Positions 45,934-55,198 of a DNA stretch of 64,000 nt are shown one piece after another. Under the pieces are notes generated by a model. It saw only the letters and a program-made list of their open reading frames with translations, was not told the DNA's origin and made no database searches. Numbering within the stretch: the first letter of the stretch is position 1; every line of letters begins with the position of its first letter. This DNA is from Methylocystis sp. (lineage in GTDB: Bacteria > Pseudomonadota > Alphaproteobacteria > Rhizobiales > Beijerinckiaceae), in NCBI GenBank assembly GCA_036560425.1, contig DATBRF010000110.1, forward strand, positions 10,081-74,080, read 5' to 3'. The position numbers were made by a program, and so were the translations under genes.

Positions 45934-47550
45934 ATGGCCCAGTCTCCTGCTAACAAAACGACCGGGACGTCATTTGCGTTTGCGATGGACGAGCGGTTGG
46001 CGTTCATTGGCGTCGACGAGCGCTCCAAGGCGCGGCTGCGAGAGCTGAAGCCTATCCTGAACGCCACTCTGGACCAGGCTTTGTCCACCTTCTACGACAA
46101 GGTGCGCGCAACGCCCGAAACGAGGACGTTCTTCGCGGACAACCAGCACATATCCTCTGCGAAAGGCCGCCAGCAGCAGCATTGGAGCCTGATCGCCGAT
46201 GCGCAATTCAGCGACTCTTACGGACAAGCCGTGCACACGGTCGGCAAGACGCATGCGCGGCTGGGTCTCGAGCCGAGGTGGTATATCGGCGGCTACGCAA
46301 TCATCCTGGAGCGCCTGATCCACGCGGTCGTAAAGGAGCGCTGGCCGCGATTTGTCTTCCGCGGTCAAAATCTCGCGGATGAGATGGCGGAGACGCTATC
46401 GATCCTCGTGAAGGCGACCCTCCTCGACATGGACCTCTCGATTTCGGTCTATCTCGATGAACTCGAATCCAAGCGCCGGCGAGAAGAGGAGCTCCGCGCC
46501 GCGGAGGAAAAGAACCGGGCCGAGGCGCTGGTCGCGATGAGTCACGCGCTCGAGCAGCTCGCCAACGGAAATCTCGAGACGAGGATCAAGACAGAGCTGT
46601 CGCCTGAATTCGAAAAGCTGAAGTCTGAGTTCAATCAGACCGTCGAAAAATTGCGCGAGGCTTTCAGCACGGTTTCTGCGTCCGTTTCGGTCATCGAAAG
46701 CGCGACCAACGAAATCGGGGAAGCTGCTGACGATCTGTCCCGTCGCACGGAGTCTCAAGCGGCAGGCCTGGAAGAGTCTTCCGCCGCGCTCGCCGAAGTG
46801 ACCACGACGATCAAAGAGACGGCGGCGAGCACGCAGAACGCCAATGAAATCGTGTCGGCGACGAAGGCGGATGCTGAAAGGGGCGGGGAAGTGATCGCCG
46901 CCGCCATCGGCGCGATGGGACAGATCGAAAAAGCGTCCAAGGATATCGCCCAGATTATCGGCGTCATCGACGAAATTGCGTTCCAGACGAATCTCCTTGC
47001 GCTGAACGCTGGCGTCGAAGCGGCGCGCGCGGGCGAGGCGGGCAGGGGCTTCGCTGTCGTCGCTTCCGAAGTCCGCGCGCTCGCCCAGCGCTCCGCGGAC
47101 GCCGCCAAGGAGATCAAGGGGCTGATTTCCGCATCCAACTCGGCGGTGGAACAAGGCGCGAGCCTCGTCAGCGAAACCGGCCGGTCGCTAAAAGCCATCG
47201 TTTCCCAGGTGGGCGAAGTTGCGACAGTCGTGGCAAGCATCGCGGAAGGCACAAAAGAACAGGCCCTGGCCCTGAGCCAGGTAACCGAAGCCATCAATCA
47301 GATGGATCAGATGACGCAGCACAACGCCGCCATGGTCGAAGAAACGACCGCGGCGACGAGAAACATGAGTCAGGAAACCGGACGGCTGGCGGCCGCCGTA
47401 AAACGATTCAATACCGGGCAGCCGCCGGCAGGACGCGCCGTCCGGCCTCACCCGGCGCGTAAGCCCCCGACGCCCGCTCTCAAGACGCGAGGCTCCGCGC
47501 TTCCCGCGCGGGATGTCAAGCCCGAAGACGAAGGTTGGGAAGAGTTCTGA
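45934..47550 (+). CDS. soluble globin-coupled (HemAT-like) methyl-accepting chemotaxis protein
   Basis: No TM. The N-terminal protoglobin-type sensor has [34 protein letters not shown]. The C-terminal MCP signalling domain has [38 protein letters not shown]. Ends in GWEEF. GAGG RBS before the ATG at 45934. Confidence 0.85.
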   Translation: MAQSPANKTTGTSFAFAMDERLAFIGVDERSKARLRELKPILNATLDQALSTFYDKVRATPETRTFFADNQHISSAKGRQQQHWSLIADAQFSDSYGQAVHTVGKTHARLGLEPRWYIGGYAIILERLIHAVVKERWPRFVFRGQNLADEMAETLSILVKATLLDMDLSISVYLDELESKRRREEELRAAEEKNRAEALVAMSHALEQLANGNLETRIKTELSPEFEKLKSEFNQTVEKLREAFSTVSASVSVIESATNEIGEAADDLSRRTESQAAGLEESSAALAEVTTTIKETAASTQNANEIVSATKADAERGGEVIAAAIGAMGQIEKASKDIAQIIGVIDEIAFQTNLLALNAGVEAARAGEAGRGFAVVASEVRALAQRSADAAKEIKGLISASNSAVEQGASLVSETGRSLKAIVSQVGEVATVVASIAEGTKEQALALSQVTEAINQMDQMTQHNAAMVEETTAATRNMSQETGRLAAAVKRFNTGQPPAGRAVRPHPARKPPTPALKTRGSALPARDVKPEDEGWEEF

Positions 47551-47583
47551 TCGACGAAAGGCTCTGCCCGAACGGCGTAAGCA

Positions 47584-47614
47584 AGCTTTCCGCTCGCATG
47601 GAAACATGCGAGCA
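47584..47614 (+). repeat. palindromic intergenic element, copy 1
   Basis: AGCTTTCCGCTCGCATGGAAACATGCGAGCA with an 8-bp stem CTCGCATG/CATGCGAG and loop GAAA. Near-identical to 54208-54236. Confidence 0.6.
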
Positions 47615-47630
47615 AGGAGGCTTTCCCAGC

Positions 47631-47663
47631 AACGGCGCGCCAGCTTTGGCGCGCCGTTTTTTT
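47631..47663 (+). terminator. rho-independent terminator of the HemAT-like MCP gene
   Basis: 11-bp stem AACGGCGCGCC/GGCGCGCCGTT with loop AGCTTT, followed by T5 (7 consecutive T counting the stem-terminal TT). Confidence 0.85.
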
Positions 47664-47822
47664 ACAGCCTTCCTGCAATCCGACGGACTTGGACCGAACG
47701 TTCGTCCCGCGCGACAATTATCCGCTAATGCGCATGGGCCCTTTTGCCTAAGGAAAATCGCATTGCGCCCAAAAGGCGTTTAGCAACGCTGGACCGACGG
47801 CGAGCCCTGGCCGTAGGCGGCG

Positions 47823-49799
47823 TCAAAACTCTTCCCAATCAAGCTCGTCGCTCTCTGGATCGAGCTTCGGCGCTGCGCCGCCCGCGACGGCGAATTCCCG
47901 CCGGAATTTGTCCCGGGCTGCAATGATGTTCTCTTGCTTCGGCAAATTGAAATTTCCAACAGAGCGCGTAAGCTCCAGCGCTTCCTGGCGAAGACTATGA
48001 CTTGCGGCCGTCGTCTCCTCGACCATTGCGGCGTTCTTTTGCGTATCGTGGTCCATCTGCCCGACAGCGATATTGATTTGTTTTATGGCTGCGGCTTCTT
48101 CGACGGCGCCCGCGGCGATCTCCGAGACCATCGAGCTGATCGACATGACCTCGGACACAATTCGCTCCAACGCCTCGCCGGTGGAATTTACCAGCCTCAC
48201 GCCATCGGCGACCTCGGCCTTCGAGGACAAGATCAGCGTTTTTATTTCTTTCGCGGCCTCCGCCGATCGCTGCGCGAGCCCGCGCACCTCGGAGGCGACG
48301 ACGGCGAATCCTCTTCCGGCCTCTCCTGCGCGCGCCGCCTCGACGCCGGCGTTGAGCGCCAAGAGATTCGTCTGGAAGGAAATCTCGTCGATAAGGCCAA
48401 TGATGCTCGCAATATCGTTCGAAGATTTCTCGATGCGCGACATGGCGCCGGTCGCTTTCTGCACGATCGCGCCGCTGCTTTCCGCCTCCGACCTGGCTAT
48501 CTCGACAATGCCCTGCGCGCGTTTCGCGAAGTCGGCGTTTTTGTTGACGGCGGTCATGATCTCCTGCAAGGCGGCCGCGGTTTCCTCGAGGCTTGCCGCC
48601 TGCTGCTCCGTGCGCCGCGATAAATCGTCCGCAGCAGATGCGATTTCGGAGGTCGACGATGAGATGACGCCCGCGCCGTCCCGCACCTGCGTCAGCGCGG
48701 CCTCCAGCTTTTCGAGAGCGGCGTTGAAATCCTCCTGCAAGCGTCGATAGGCGGCTGGAACGCCTTGGGTCAGCCGGAACGAGAGGTCGCAATCGGCGAG
48801 CCGCGCGAGTCCCGCTCCCAACGCCTCGATGAAAGACTCTTGCTCGGCGGCGACCGCCGCTCGTTCGGCGTCGCTGCGCGCGCGTTCCGCTTCGATGATC
48901 GCCTGCTGTTCAGCGGTCTTGCTCTGGGCTTCAAGCCTCTCTTTCGCGATCAGGCGAAACTTTCGATAGGTAACTCCCAGGCGGCCGATTTCGTCGGTTC
49001 GCCCGGCCTCGTAGACATCGTAGTTCAAGTCTCCTTCGACGAGTCGCGAAAAGGTGAACGTAATCCAGTCCAAAGGCTGCGCGACCCAGCGCCGCGCCTG
49101 CCAGAATGCAAGCCCAGAAGTCGCCGCGACGACCGCCATCGCCAGCAGCGCGGCAAGCTGAGCATGAGACCTCAGCCCATCGAGCGTCAACGCCGCGGCC
49201 GCCTTGCCGCTTTCAATGCGCTTGCGAAGCGCGTCGACCTCGGCCTTCGTGTTATCGAGGGCCATCTGAACGGAGAGCGCGAGCTGAGTGAATTTGAGAT
49301 TTCCATCGGCGGGCCCGCCGGCATTGCCGCTTTTGGCGCTCTCGACCGCTTTTGCAGAAAGGGCGACGATGCTTTTCTCAGCCTGGGCCAACGCGCGGAC
49401 GAGATCGGGGCTTTCGAGGACCTTGGCCGCCTCCACCGCCGCTCTTAAATGAAGGGAAAAATCCTTGGAATGGGACCCGAAATCACGAAAGGCGTTTTCG
49501 AGGCCCTGCTGGTCGCGAGAGCCCAGAAAATCGAACAGGGAAAGTCGAGCCTGCGCGATGTCATATTTTGCCGCTTGCCGCATCTCGACAAGCTGCGAAA
49601 AAAGACGATCCGCCTTCGCCGATTTTTGTTCCTGCGCGGCTGACGCCTCAGCCTCCTGACGGATCGCTAGAAGCGCATATGCCGAAAACGAAAGGTCGAT
49701 CAGCGCAATGGTGACGAAAAGAGAGATTGAGGCGCGGGAGAGGTTTCCGGCGAACCAATCGCGAAGCGATGAGAATAGGCTGGACGAATGAGAGGCCAT
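47823..49799 (-). CDS. transmembrane methyl-accepting chemotaxis protein
   Basis: Start at MASHSSSLF, with AGAGGA about 9 nt upstream. Two TM segments flank a periplasmic helical domain of about 190 aa, followed by HAMP and the MCP signalling domain ([38 protein letters not shown]). Ends in DWEEF. Confidence 0.9.
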   Translation of the reverse strand: MASHSSSLFSSLRDWFAGNLSRASISLFVTIALIDLSFSAYALLAIRQEAEASAAQEQKSAKADRLFSQLVEMRQAAKYDIAQARLSLFDFLGSRDQQGLENAFRDFGSHSKDFSLHLRAAVEAAKVLESPDLVRALAQAEKSIVALSAKAVESAKSGNAGGPADGNLKFTQLALSVQMALDNTKAEVDALRKRIESGKAAAALTLDGLRSHAQLAALLAMAVVAATSGLAFWQARRWVAQPLDWITFTFSRLVEGDLNYDVYEAGRTDEIGRLGVTYRKFRLIAKERLEAQSKTAEQQAIIEAERARSDAERAAVAAEQESFIEALGAGLARLADCDLSFRLTQGVPAAYRRLQEDFNAALEKLEAALTQVRDGAGVISSSTSEIASAADDLSRRTEQQAASLEETAAALQEIMTAVNKNADFAKRAQGIVEIARSEAESSGAIVQKATGAMSRIEKSSNDIASIIGLIDEISFQTNLLALNAGVEAARAGEAGRGFAVVASEVRGLAQRSAEAAKEIKTLILSSKAEVADGVRLVNSTGEALERIVSEVMSISSMVSEIAAGAVEEAAAIKQINIAVGQMDHDTQKNAAMVEETTAASHSLRQEALELTRSVGNFNLPKQENIIAARDKFRREFAVAGGAAPKLDPESDELDWEEF

Positions 49800-50031
49800 C
49801 GGGGCTATTCCTCTTTGGAAGGCCTCCAGAGATGAAGGCGCCGGCCAAATCTGAAACGGCCGCAGCCGGGCGCTTCTCGCGCGCGCCTGGCGCGCGATCT
49901 TCATCGCCGCGATCGTCGGGTTTCCAATCTTGAAGCGCCGTTGCGCGGCGCGACGCGCATCCTGTCGCGCCCTCGCGGTGCGCTTGCCATTGGCGCAGCG
50001 CCGTTCGAGGGCGTCTCGCCGCTGATTCGGT

Positions 50032-50277
50032 CTAGGGGGAATAGGCGCGAATGCGTTGAGCCACCCCGTTGGCGACCGGGCCTTCCACAATACGCTTTTC
50101 GATGGCCGTCGGCGCGGGATGCGCGTTGTCCGGGACGCTCGCTTCGGTTCGGCCGTAAATCTCGGTCATCTCGTCGATGAACTTTTTCATCGCCTGAGCG
50201 GCGCGGTACTCAGGCAGCTTGGCGAGCTCTTCGTACATCTCTTGCCGCATTTGCTTTAGCTGGGAGATCGTATTCAT
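50032..50277 (-). CDS. small hypothetical protein, paralog family B copy 2
   Basis: 81 aa, [41 protein letters not shown], related to 25465-25734. Lies 232 nt upstream of the MCP gene on the same strand. Confidence 0.5.
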   Translation of the reverse strand: MNTISQLKQMRQEMYEELAKLPEYRAAQAMKKFIDEMTEIYGRTEASVPDNAHPAPTAIEKRIVEGPVANGVAQRIRAYSP

Positions 50278-50409
50278 CGGAGGACCCCTCTTGGAATTTC
50301 AGGGGCATGATATCGACGCCTCCTCGCGCGAAGCTGACTCCGCATGCGCTTTAACCCCGCATAGATTTTCTGAGGTTAGTTTCAAGCGGGCAGTTGGGGG
50401 GGTAAAAGC

Positions 50410-50811
50410 ATGCCATCTTTTGGCCAGATCCGGCAAAATGTCGAGAAGCAACGCTCGGCCGAAAACCGCGAGCGCGCGGGATATTTCGCCGAGCGCTGGA
50501 TCGCCAGCCTGGAAATCTTCGAATCTCGCGCCCCCTCGGGAAGATTCGAGCAGGTCCAATGGGTGCGCGCGCTCGGCAAAATTGCGACCGGCTTCGATCA
50601 ACCGCAAGATGAAGCGCAGGCGAGCGCCCGTCGTGATTTTCGGACCCTTTGCAGGATCAATATGTCCGCCCTGCGCGCGCGTTTGCCGGAAGCCGCGGTG
50701 GGCTTGCGTCAGATGGCGCAAGCCACAACGTCCCTCGCCCCCGATCGCGTGAGCGCGCACCTTATCGCTGAGCAGATCGCGAGAAGCCTTGGCCCTCGTC
50801 GAGACGCCTGA
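50410..50811 (+). CDS. hypothetical protein
   Basis: 133-aa ORF whose third-position GC bias looks coding by eye. No family recognised. An antisense ORF (50299-50760) competes with it. Confidence 0.35.
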   Translation: MPSFGQIRQNVEKQRSAENRERAGYFAERWIASLEIFESRAPSGRFEQVQWVRALGKIATGFDQPQDEAQASARRDFRTLCRINMSALRARLPEAAVGLRQMAQATTSLAPDRVSAHLIAEQIARSLGPRRDA

Positions 50812-50817
50812 GCGAAG

Positions 50818-51009
50818 TCACTCGCTTTCGCAAACAAGCCGCGCCAATGCGAAGCGAACCAGTTCCGACGCCGCCGGGTCGTCGATCAGATCGACCGCCT
50901 CGAAAAGAGCGAGGATGGCTGCGTGCTTTCGATCAAGCGGCTCGCTGGAACGAATCGCATCGCTGCCATTGCGGGCGCGGAGCGCCTGGGTCTTTCTCGT
51001 GCTTTTCAT
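50818..51009 (-). CDS. small hypothetical protein behind a CtrA-type box
   Basis: 63-aa ORF. A perfect TTAA-N7-TTAAC box lies 31-46 nt upstream of its ATG. No family recognised. Confidence 0.3.
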   Translation of the reverse strand: MKSTRKTQALRARNGSDAIRSSEPLDRKHAAILALFEAVDLIDDPAASELVRFALARLVCESE

Positions 51010-51039
51010 TGCCCACTTCCTTCTCGATGTCCCAGCGCG

Positions 51040-51055
51040 TTAACTATTAATTAAC
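51040..51055. promoter_or_regulatory. perfect palindromic CtrA-type box GTTAA-N7-TTAAC
   Basis: TTAACTATTAATTAAC, preceded by G. Lies between the divergent 63-aa ORF (ATG 51009) and rmlD (ATG 51275). Confidence 0.5.
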
Positions 51056-51274
51056 CAACCTTGCGCGGAGCTTTCGGCGCCGCCGATTCGGGCCCGAGGA
51101 AAAAGGAGGGCGCAGCCGGCGCTCTGGCGCCTTCATCGTAGGCGCGCACAAAAATCCAAGCCTCGAGCAGCGAGCCAGCGGGGCAGTCCGACTTTCTTGC
51201 CGTGCCCCGCCCCGCAGCCTAGGATGAGCGCCGCCGTCGCCGCCCGCGCAGACAGAACCTATGGAGGCGTGACC

Positions 51275-52171
51275 ATGACACTTCGTCTCGCCGTGACGGG
51301 CCTCAAAGGCCAGGTTGTCAGCGCGTTGATCGAGCGGGCCCCAAAGGACGTCGAAATCATTGCGCTTGGCCGCCCGCAGCTGGATCTCGAATTGCGCGGA
51401 GCCGTGCTCGCGGGTCTTCGTCACGCGCGCTGCGACGCCATCGTCAATGCCGCCGCCTATACCGCTGTAGATAAGGCGGAGAGCGAGCCCGACGTCGCGA
51501 TGCGGATCAACGGCGAGGGCGCGGGTCACGTCGCGGAAGCGGCTGCAGAGCTCGGCGCGCCCTTGCTGCATCTTTCGACAGATTATGTGTTCGACGGCCT
51601 TCTCGATCGTCCCTATCGCGAGGACGATCCGACGGGGCCCATTGGGGCTTATGGGCGCTCCAAGTTTGCCGGCGAAGAAAAAATCGCCGCGGTTCACCCA
51701 AATCACGTTATTTTGCGGACCGCCTGGGTTTACAGCCCGTTCGGAAGCAATTTCGTCAAAACCATGCTCAGGCTCGGTGAAACCCGAGACGGATTACGCG
51801 TCGTCGCCGATCAACGCGGCAATCCCACCAGCGCCATAGACATTGCCGACGCGCTTCTCCTTATCGCACGCCGTCTCGTCTCGGACTCTTCACCGTCGCT
51901 CCGAGGGGTGTTTCATTTGACTGGCTGCGGCGAAGCAAGTTGGGCCGATGTCGCGGAAGCAGCCTTTGCGACCGCTCGAGCGTCCGGCTACAAGCCTGTC
52001 CACGTCACGCGCATCACAACCGCCGATTATCCGACCCCCGCGCGCCGGCCCGCGAATTCTCGCCTCGACAACCAGAAGCTGGCGGAGCGGTACGGCGTGA
52101 CTCTCCCTCCTTGGCGCCAATCTTTGGAAAGCTGCGTCAGCCGCCTGCTGCGAACGCGGGAATATCTTTAA
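51275..52171 (+). CDS. rmlD: dTDP-4-dehydrorhamnose reductase
   Basis: 298 aa from MTLRLAVTGLKGQVV (GGAGG RBS). Has AAYTAVDKAESEPD, STDYVFDG and YGRSKFAGE, the RmlD motifs. Confidence 0.85.
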   Translation: MTLRLAVTGLKGQVVSALIERAPKDVEIIALGRPQLDLELRGAVLAGLRHARCDAIVNAAAYTAVDKAESEPDVAMRINGEGAGHVAEAAAELGAPLLHLSTDYVFDGLLDRPYREDDPTGPIGAYGRSKFAGEEKIAAVHPNHVILRTAWVYSPFGSNFVKTMLRLGETRDGLRVVADQRGNPTSAIDIADALLLIARRLVSDSSPSLRGVFHLTGCGEASWADVAEAAFATARASGYKPVHVTRITTADYPTPARRPANSRLDNQKLAERYGVTLPPWRQSLESCVSRLLRTREYL

Positions 52172-52421
52172 GCCGCCATCCAACGCAGCCGTCCCAGCTT
52201 GGGGCAGCGATTTCAGAACCGCCGAAAGCCAAAGCCGGCGCGAACGGCGACAACCAGCGCCACGCCGGCGGCTTCGCCTGCCCACCGCGATGCGCCGCTC
52301 GAAGGTCGGTTGTTGCGCAGCCGCGCGCAATTGCGCCGGAACGATGAGGTGGTTGTGCCGTTTCTTGGTTCGGGGGCGTGGATCTCGCCGCGCGCGGCGT
52401 GAACCGATGTGGAGTCTCGAG

Positions 52422-54206
52422 ATGGCCCAGACCGTGGCGGATTTCTTCTGGAGTCGAATGTCCGAATGGGGCATACGCCGGATCTTCGGCTATCCTGGCG
52501 ACGGCATTAATGCGCTCCTCGGCGCGCTCGACCGGGCCGGCGACAGGTTCGAGTTCATACAGACGAGGCATGAGGAGCTTGCCGCCTTTATGGCCTGCGC
52601 GCACGCGAAATTCACAGGCGAAGTCGGCGTCTGTCTCGCCACCTCCGGCCCAGGCGCGATTCATCTCCTCAATGGATTGTATGATGCCCGTCTCGATCAC
52701 CAGCCGGTCGTCGCGATTGTCGGCCAGCAGGCGCGCACCGCGCTCGGCGGGCATTATCAGCAGGAAGTCGATCTGACATCGCTATTCAAGGACGTCGCGG
52801 GCGATTTCGTCCAGATGGCGACGGTTCCTGCACAGGTTCGGCACCTCATCGATCGGGCCGTGCGCATCGCGAAGGCGGAGCGAACCGTAACCTGCATCAT
52901 CATGCCAAAAGACGTTCAGGAAGCGGACGCCGTCGACCCGACGCCGCACAAGCACGGAACGGTGCATTCCGGCGCCGGCTTCAGCGCGCCGATCATCCGC
53001 CCGTCGCAGAAGGATTTGCAAAGGGCCGCGGATGTGCTCAACGCCGGCAAAAAGGTGGCGATGCTCATCGGAGCCGGCGCCTTGAACGCGACCGACGAAG
53101 TGATCGAGACAGCCGAACTCCTTGGCGCGGGGGTCGCCAAGGCGCTGCTCGGCCGCGCCGCCATTCCGGACACCCTGCCTTACGTCACGGGGGCGATCGG
53201 CCTTCTCGGAACGCGGCCCAGCTATGAGCTCATGACGGGCTGCGACACATTCTTCATGATCGGCTCCGCCTTCCCTTATTCCGAATGGCTGCCGGAAGAG
53301 GGACAAGCCAGAGGCGTGCAAATCGACATCGACCCGAAGATGATCAATATCCGCTATCCGATGGAAGTCAGCCTCGTTGGCGACAGCGCCGGGACGCTGC
53401 GCGCCTTGCTGCCTCTCCTCGAGCGCAAGACGGATCGTTCGTGGCGCCAACAGATAGAAGATGGCGTCGCCAGATGGTGGCGGGTGCTCGAGCGGCAAGC
53501 CATGCAGCCGGCGAATCCCATAAACCCGCAACGCGTGTTTTGGGAATTGTCGCCAAAATTGCCCGAGCAGTGCATTCTGACGGGCGACTCGGGATCGTCC
53601 ACCAATTGGTTCGCGAGAGACTTGAAGCTTCGCCGCGGAATGAGCGCTTCGCTATCGGGCGGCCTCGCGACGATGGGCCCGGGAGTTCCCTATGCCATCG
53701 CCGCCAAATTCGCCCATCCGCACCGCCCGGTTATCGCGCTGGTCGGAGACGGCGCGATGCAGATGAACGGGTTGAACGGTTTGATCACGATTGGCAAATA
53801 CTGGCGGCGATGGTCCGATCCCCGGTTGATCGTGCTCGTGCTGAACAATCGCGATCTCAACCAGGTCACCTGGGAGCTGCGCGTGCAATCGGGCAATCCC
53901 AAATTCGAGGCGTCGCAGGAGCTTCCGGATGTGCGCTATTCGGAATACGCCAAGATCGTCGGGCTGGAAGGGATCTTCGTTGATGATCCCGAGCAGGTTG
54001 CGGACGCCTGGGACAAAGCGCTCGCATGCGACAAGCCAGTCGTTCTGGAGGCCGTCACCGATCCCGACATTCCGCCCTTGCCGCCTCACATCAGCTTCGA
54101 GCAAGCCAAAAACTTCGCCACCACCTTGATCAAGGGCGATCCGGACGAAATCAGCCTCATTTCGAAATCGCTGAAGGCGTTTGCGGCCGAGGTGTTGCCG
54201 GGCTAG
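52422..54206 (+). CDS. poxB: ThDP-dependent pyruvate oxidase / pyruvate dehydrogenase (quinone)-like enzyme
   Basis: 594 aa from MAQTVADFF. N-terminal ThDP pyrimidine-binding domain (GYPGDGINAL..RHEELAAFMA..TSGPGAIHLLNGLYDA) and the ThDP motif GDGAMQMN..VLNNRDL. Confidence 0.8.
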   Translation: MAQTVADFFWSRMSEWGIRRIFGYPGDGINALLGALDRAGDRFEFIQTRHEELAAFMACAHAKFTGEVGVCLATSGPGAIHLLNGLYDARLDHQPVVAIVGQQARTALGGHYQQEVDLTSLFKDVAGDFVQMATVPAQVRHLIDRAVRIAKAERTVTCIIMPKDVQEADAVDPTPHKHGTVHSGAGFSAPIIRPSQKDLQRAADVLNAGKKVAMLIGAGALNATDEVIETAELLGAGVAKALLGRAAIPDTLPYVTGAIGLLGTRPSYELMTGCDTFFMIGSAFPYSEWLPEEGQARGVQIDIDPKMINIRYPMEVSLVGDSAGTLRALLPLLERKTDRSWRQQIEDGVARWWRVLERQAMQPANPINPQRVFWELSPKLPEQCILTGDSGSSTNWFARDLKLRRGMSASLSGGLATMGPGVPYAIAAKFAHPHRPVIALVGDGAMQMNGLNGLITIGKYWRRWSDPRLIVLVLNNRDLNQVTWELRVQSGNPKFEASQELPDVRYSEYAKIVGLEGIFVDDPEQVADAWDKALACDKPVVLEAVTDPDIPPLPPHISFEQAKNFATTLIKGDPDEISLISKSLKAFAAEVLPG

Positions 54207-54207
54207 C

Positions 54208-54236
54208 GCTTTCCGTTCGCATGGAATCATGCGAGC
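54208..54236 (+). repeat. palindromic intergenic element, copy 2
   Basis: GCTTTCCGTTCGCATGGAATCATGCGAGC starts 2 nt after the poxB-like stop. Matches the 47584 copy at about 26 of 29 positions. Confidence 0.6.
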
Positions 54237-54331
54237 GGGCGCATTCTTATCGCTAAAGTCTGTCAGCTTTTGCGGAATGCGCTCGAGAACAGCAGGCGGC
54301 GGCCTGGTGGTGGTTGATTAGTTTCACCCAT

Positions 54332-54355
54332 GGCGCCCGCAGGGCTGCGGGCGCC
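54332..54355. terminator. GC-rich hairpin 2 nt after the cytochrome c stop (terminator-like, no clear U-tract)
   Basis: 11-bp stem GGCGCCCGCAG/CTGCGGGCGCC with a 2-nt loop. Lies between convergent genes. Confidence 0.45.
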
Positions 54356-54357
54356 TC

Positions 54358-54909
54358 TCATTGATGGTGACCTTGCTGCTGTCGCTGGCCCTGTTGCCCA
54401 GCCGGCCTGCCGAATTGCTTTTCCATCGTTGCGAATTGTTCGGCCGAGATGCATGGCAAACGCCGTATGAAACCAACTATGTTCCAGATCACCTCATCCG
54501 GGTGCGTCGGCCCAAACGCGGGCATGCCGGTCATTTTGATGCCGTTCTTGATGATCCAGAACAGCTCGGCGCTGTTCCATCGTTTCTCCCTCTCCGCCAG
54601 GTTGGGTGGGTTCGGCCGCAAGCCTTTGCTGATATCCGTTTGCTCCTTGCCCGGCGCCCCATGGCAGATGATGCACATTTCGTCGTACTGCCTGAAACCC
54701 TCTCTTACCTGATCCTCATTCCAGGTCTCGCGGGCCTCCTCGCCCGCGTGGGCTTTGACCGAATAGCGCATTACCGAGTTCAGGATCAGTTCCTCCGGCG
54801 CCGTATGCGGCACGGTCGCTGCGACGTTGTAGACGCCGGTCACGACCGCCACCGCCGCGGCGATCGCAAGGACCACGAACGCCATAATAAAGCCGGCAAG
54901 AAATCTCAC
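54358..54909 (-). CDS. membrane-anchored c-type cytochrome
   Basis: 183 aa with an N-terminal TM, the haem-binding CIICHG (CxxCH) motif and a distal Met context (IKMTGMPAFG). Confidence 0.75.
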   Translation of the reverse strand: MRFLAGFIMAFVVLAIAAAVAVVTGVYNVAATVPHTAPEELILNSVMRYSVKAHAGEEARETWNEDQVREGFRQYDEMCIICHGAPGKEQTDISKGLRPNPPNLAEREKRWNSAELFWIIKNGIKMTGMPAFGPTHPDEVIWNIVGFIRRLPCISAEQFATMEKQFGRPAGQQGQRQQQGHHQ

Positions 54910-55198
54910 GACGCCCTCTCAAATCGCTAATCGCCGAAACGGCGCAGCGCGCGGAAGCCTTTTCCGCGTCGCGCTCGCCAATTTCCGCTTGCTACTCGGC
55001 CGTTCGAGATGCGTCAGCGCCGCTTCGGCAGGTGCGTGAGCGCATCGCGGCGTCAAATAGCGCCCTGCCCGCCGTTATCTACCGGCAGCAATGCTCCGGC
55101 GAATGCGGGTTGAGAGCGGCCCGGCAAAGGCGCTCCCCTGGATTAGACTAAAGCTGCTACTCCCGGACTGCTTCGTTTCACTCGCAATGACGTTCGGC

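Noticed and set aside
49800-50090. 97-aa N-terminal extension of the transmembrane MCP ORF.
   Set aside because: It is Arg-rich, overlaps the family-B small gene 50032-50277, and lacks an [12 protein letters not shown] at 49799 has AGAGGA upstream and precedes TM1 properly.
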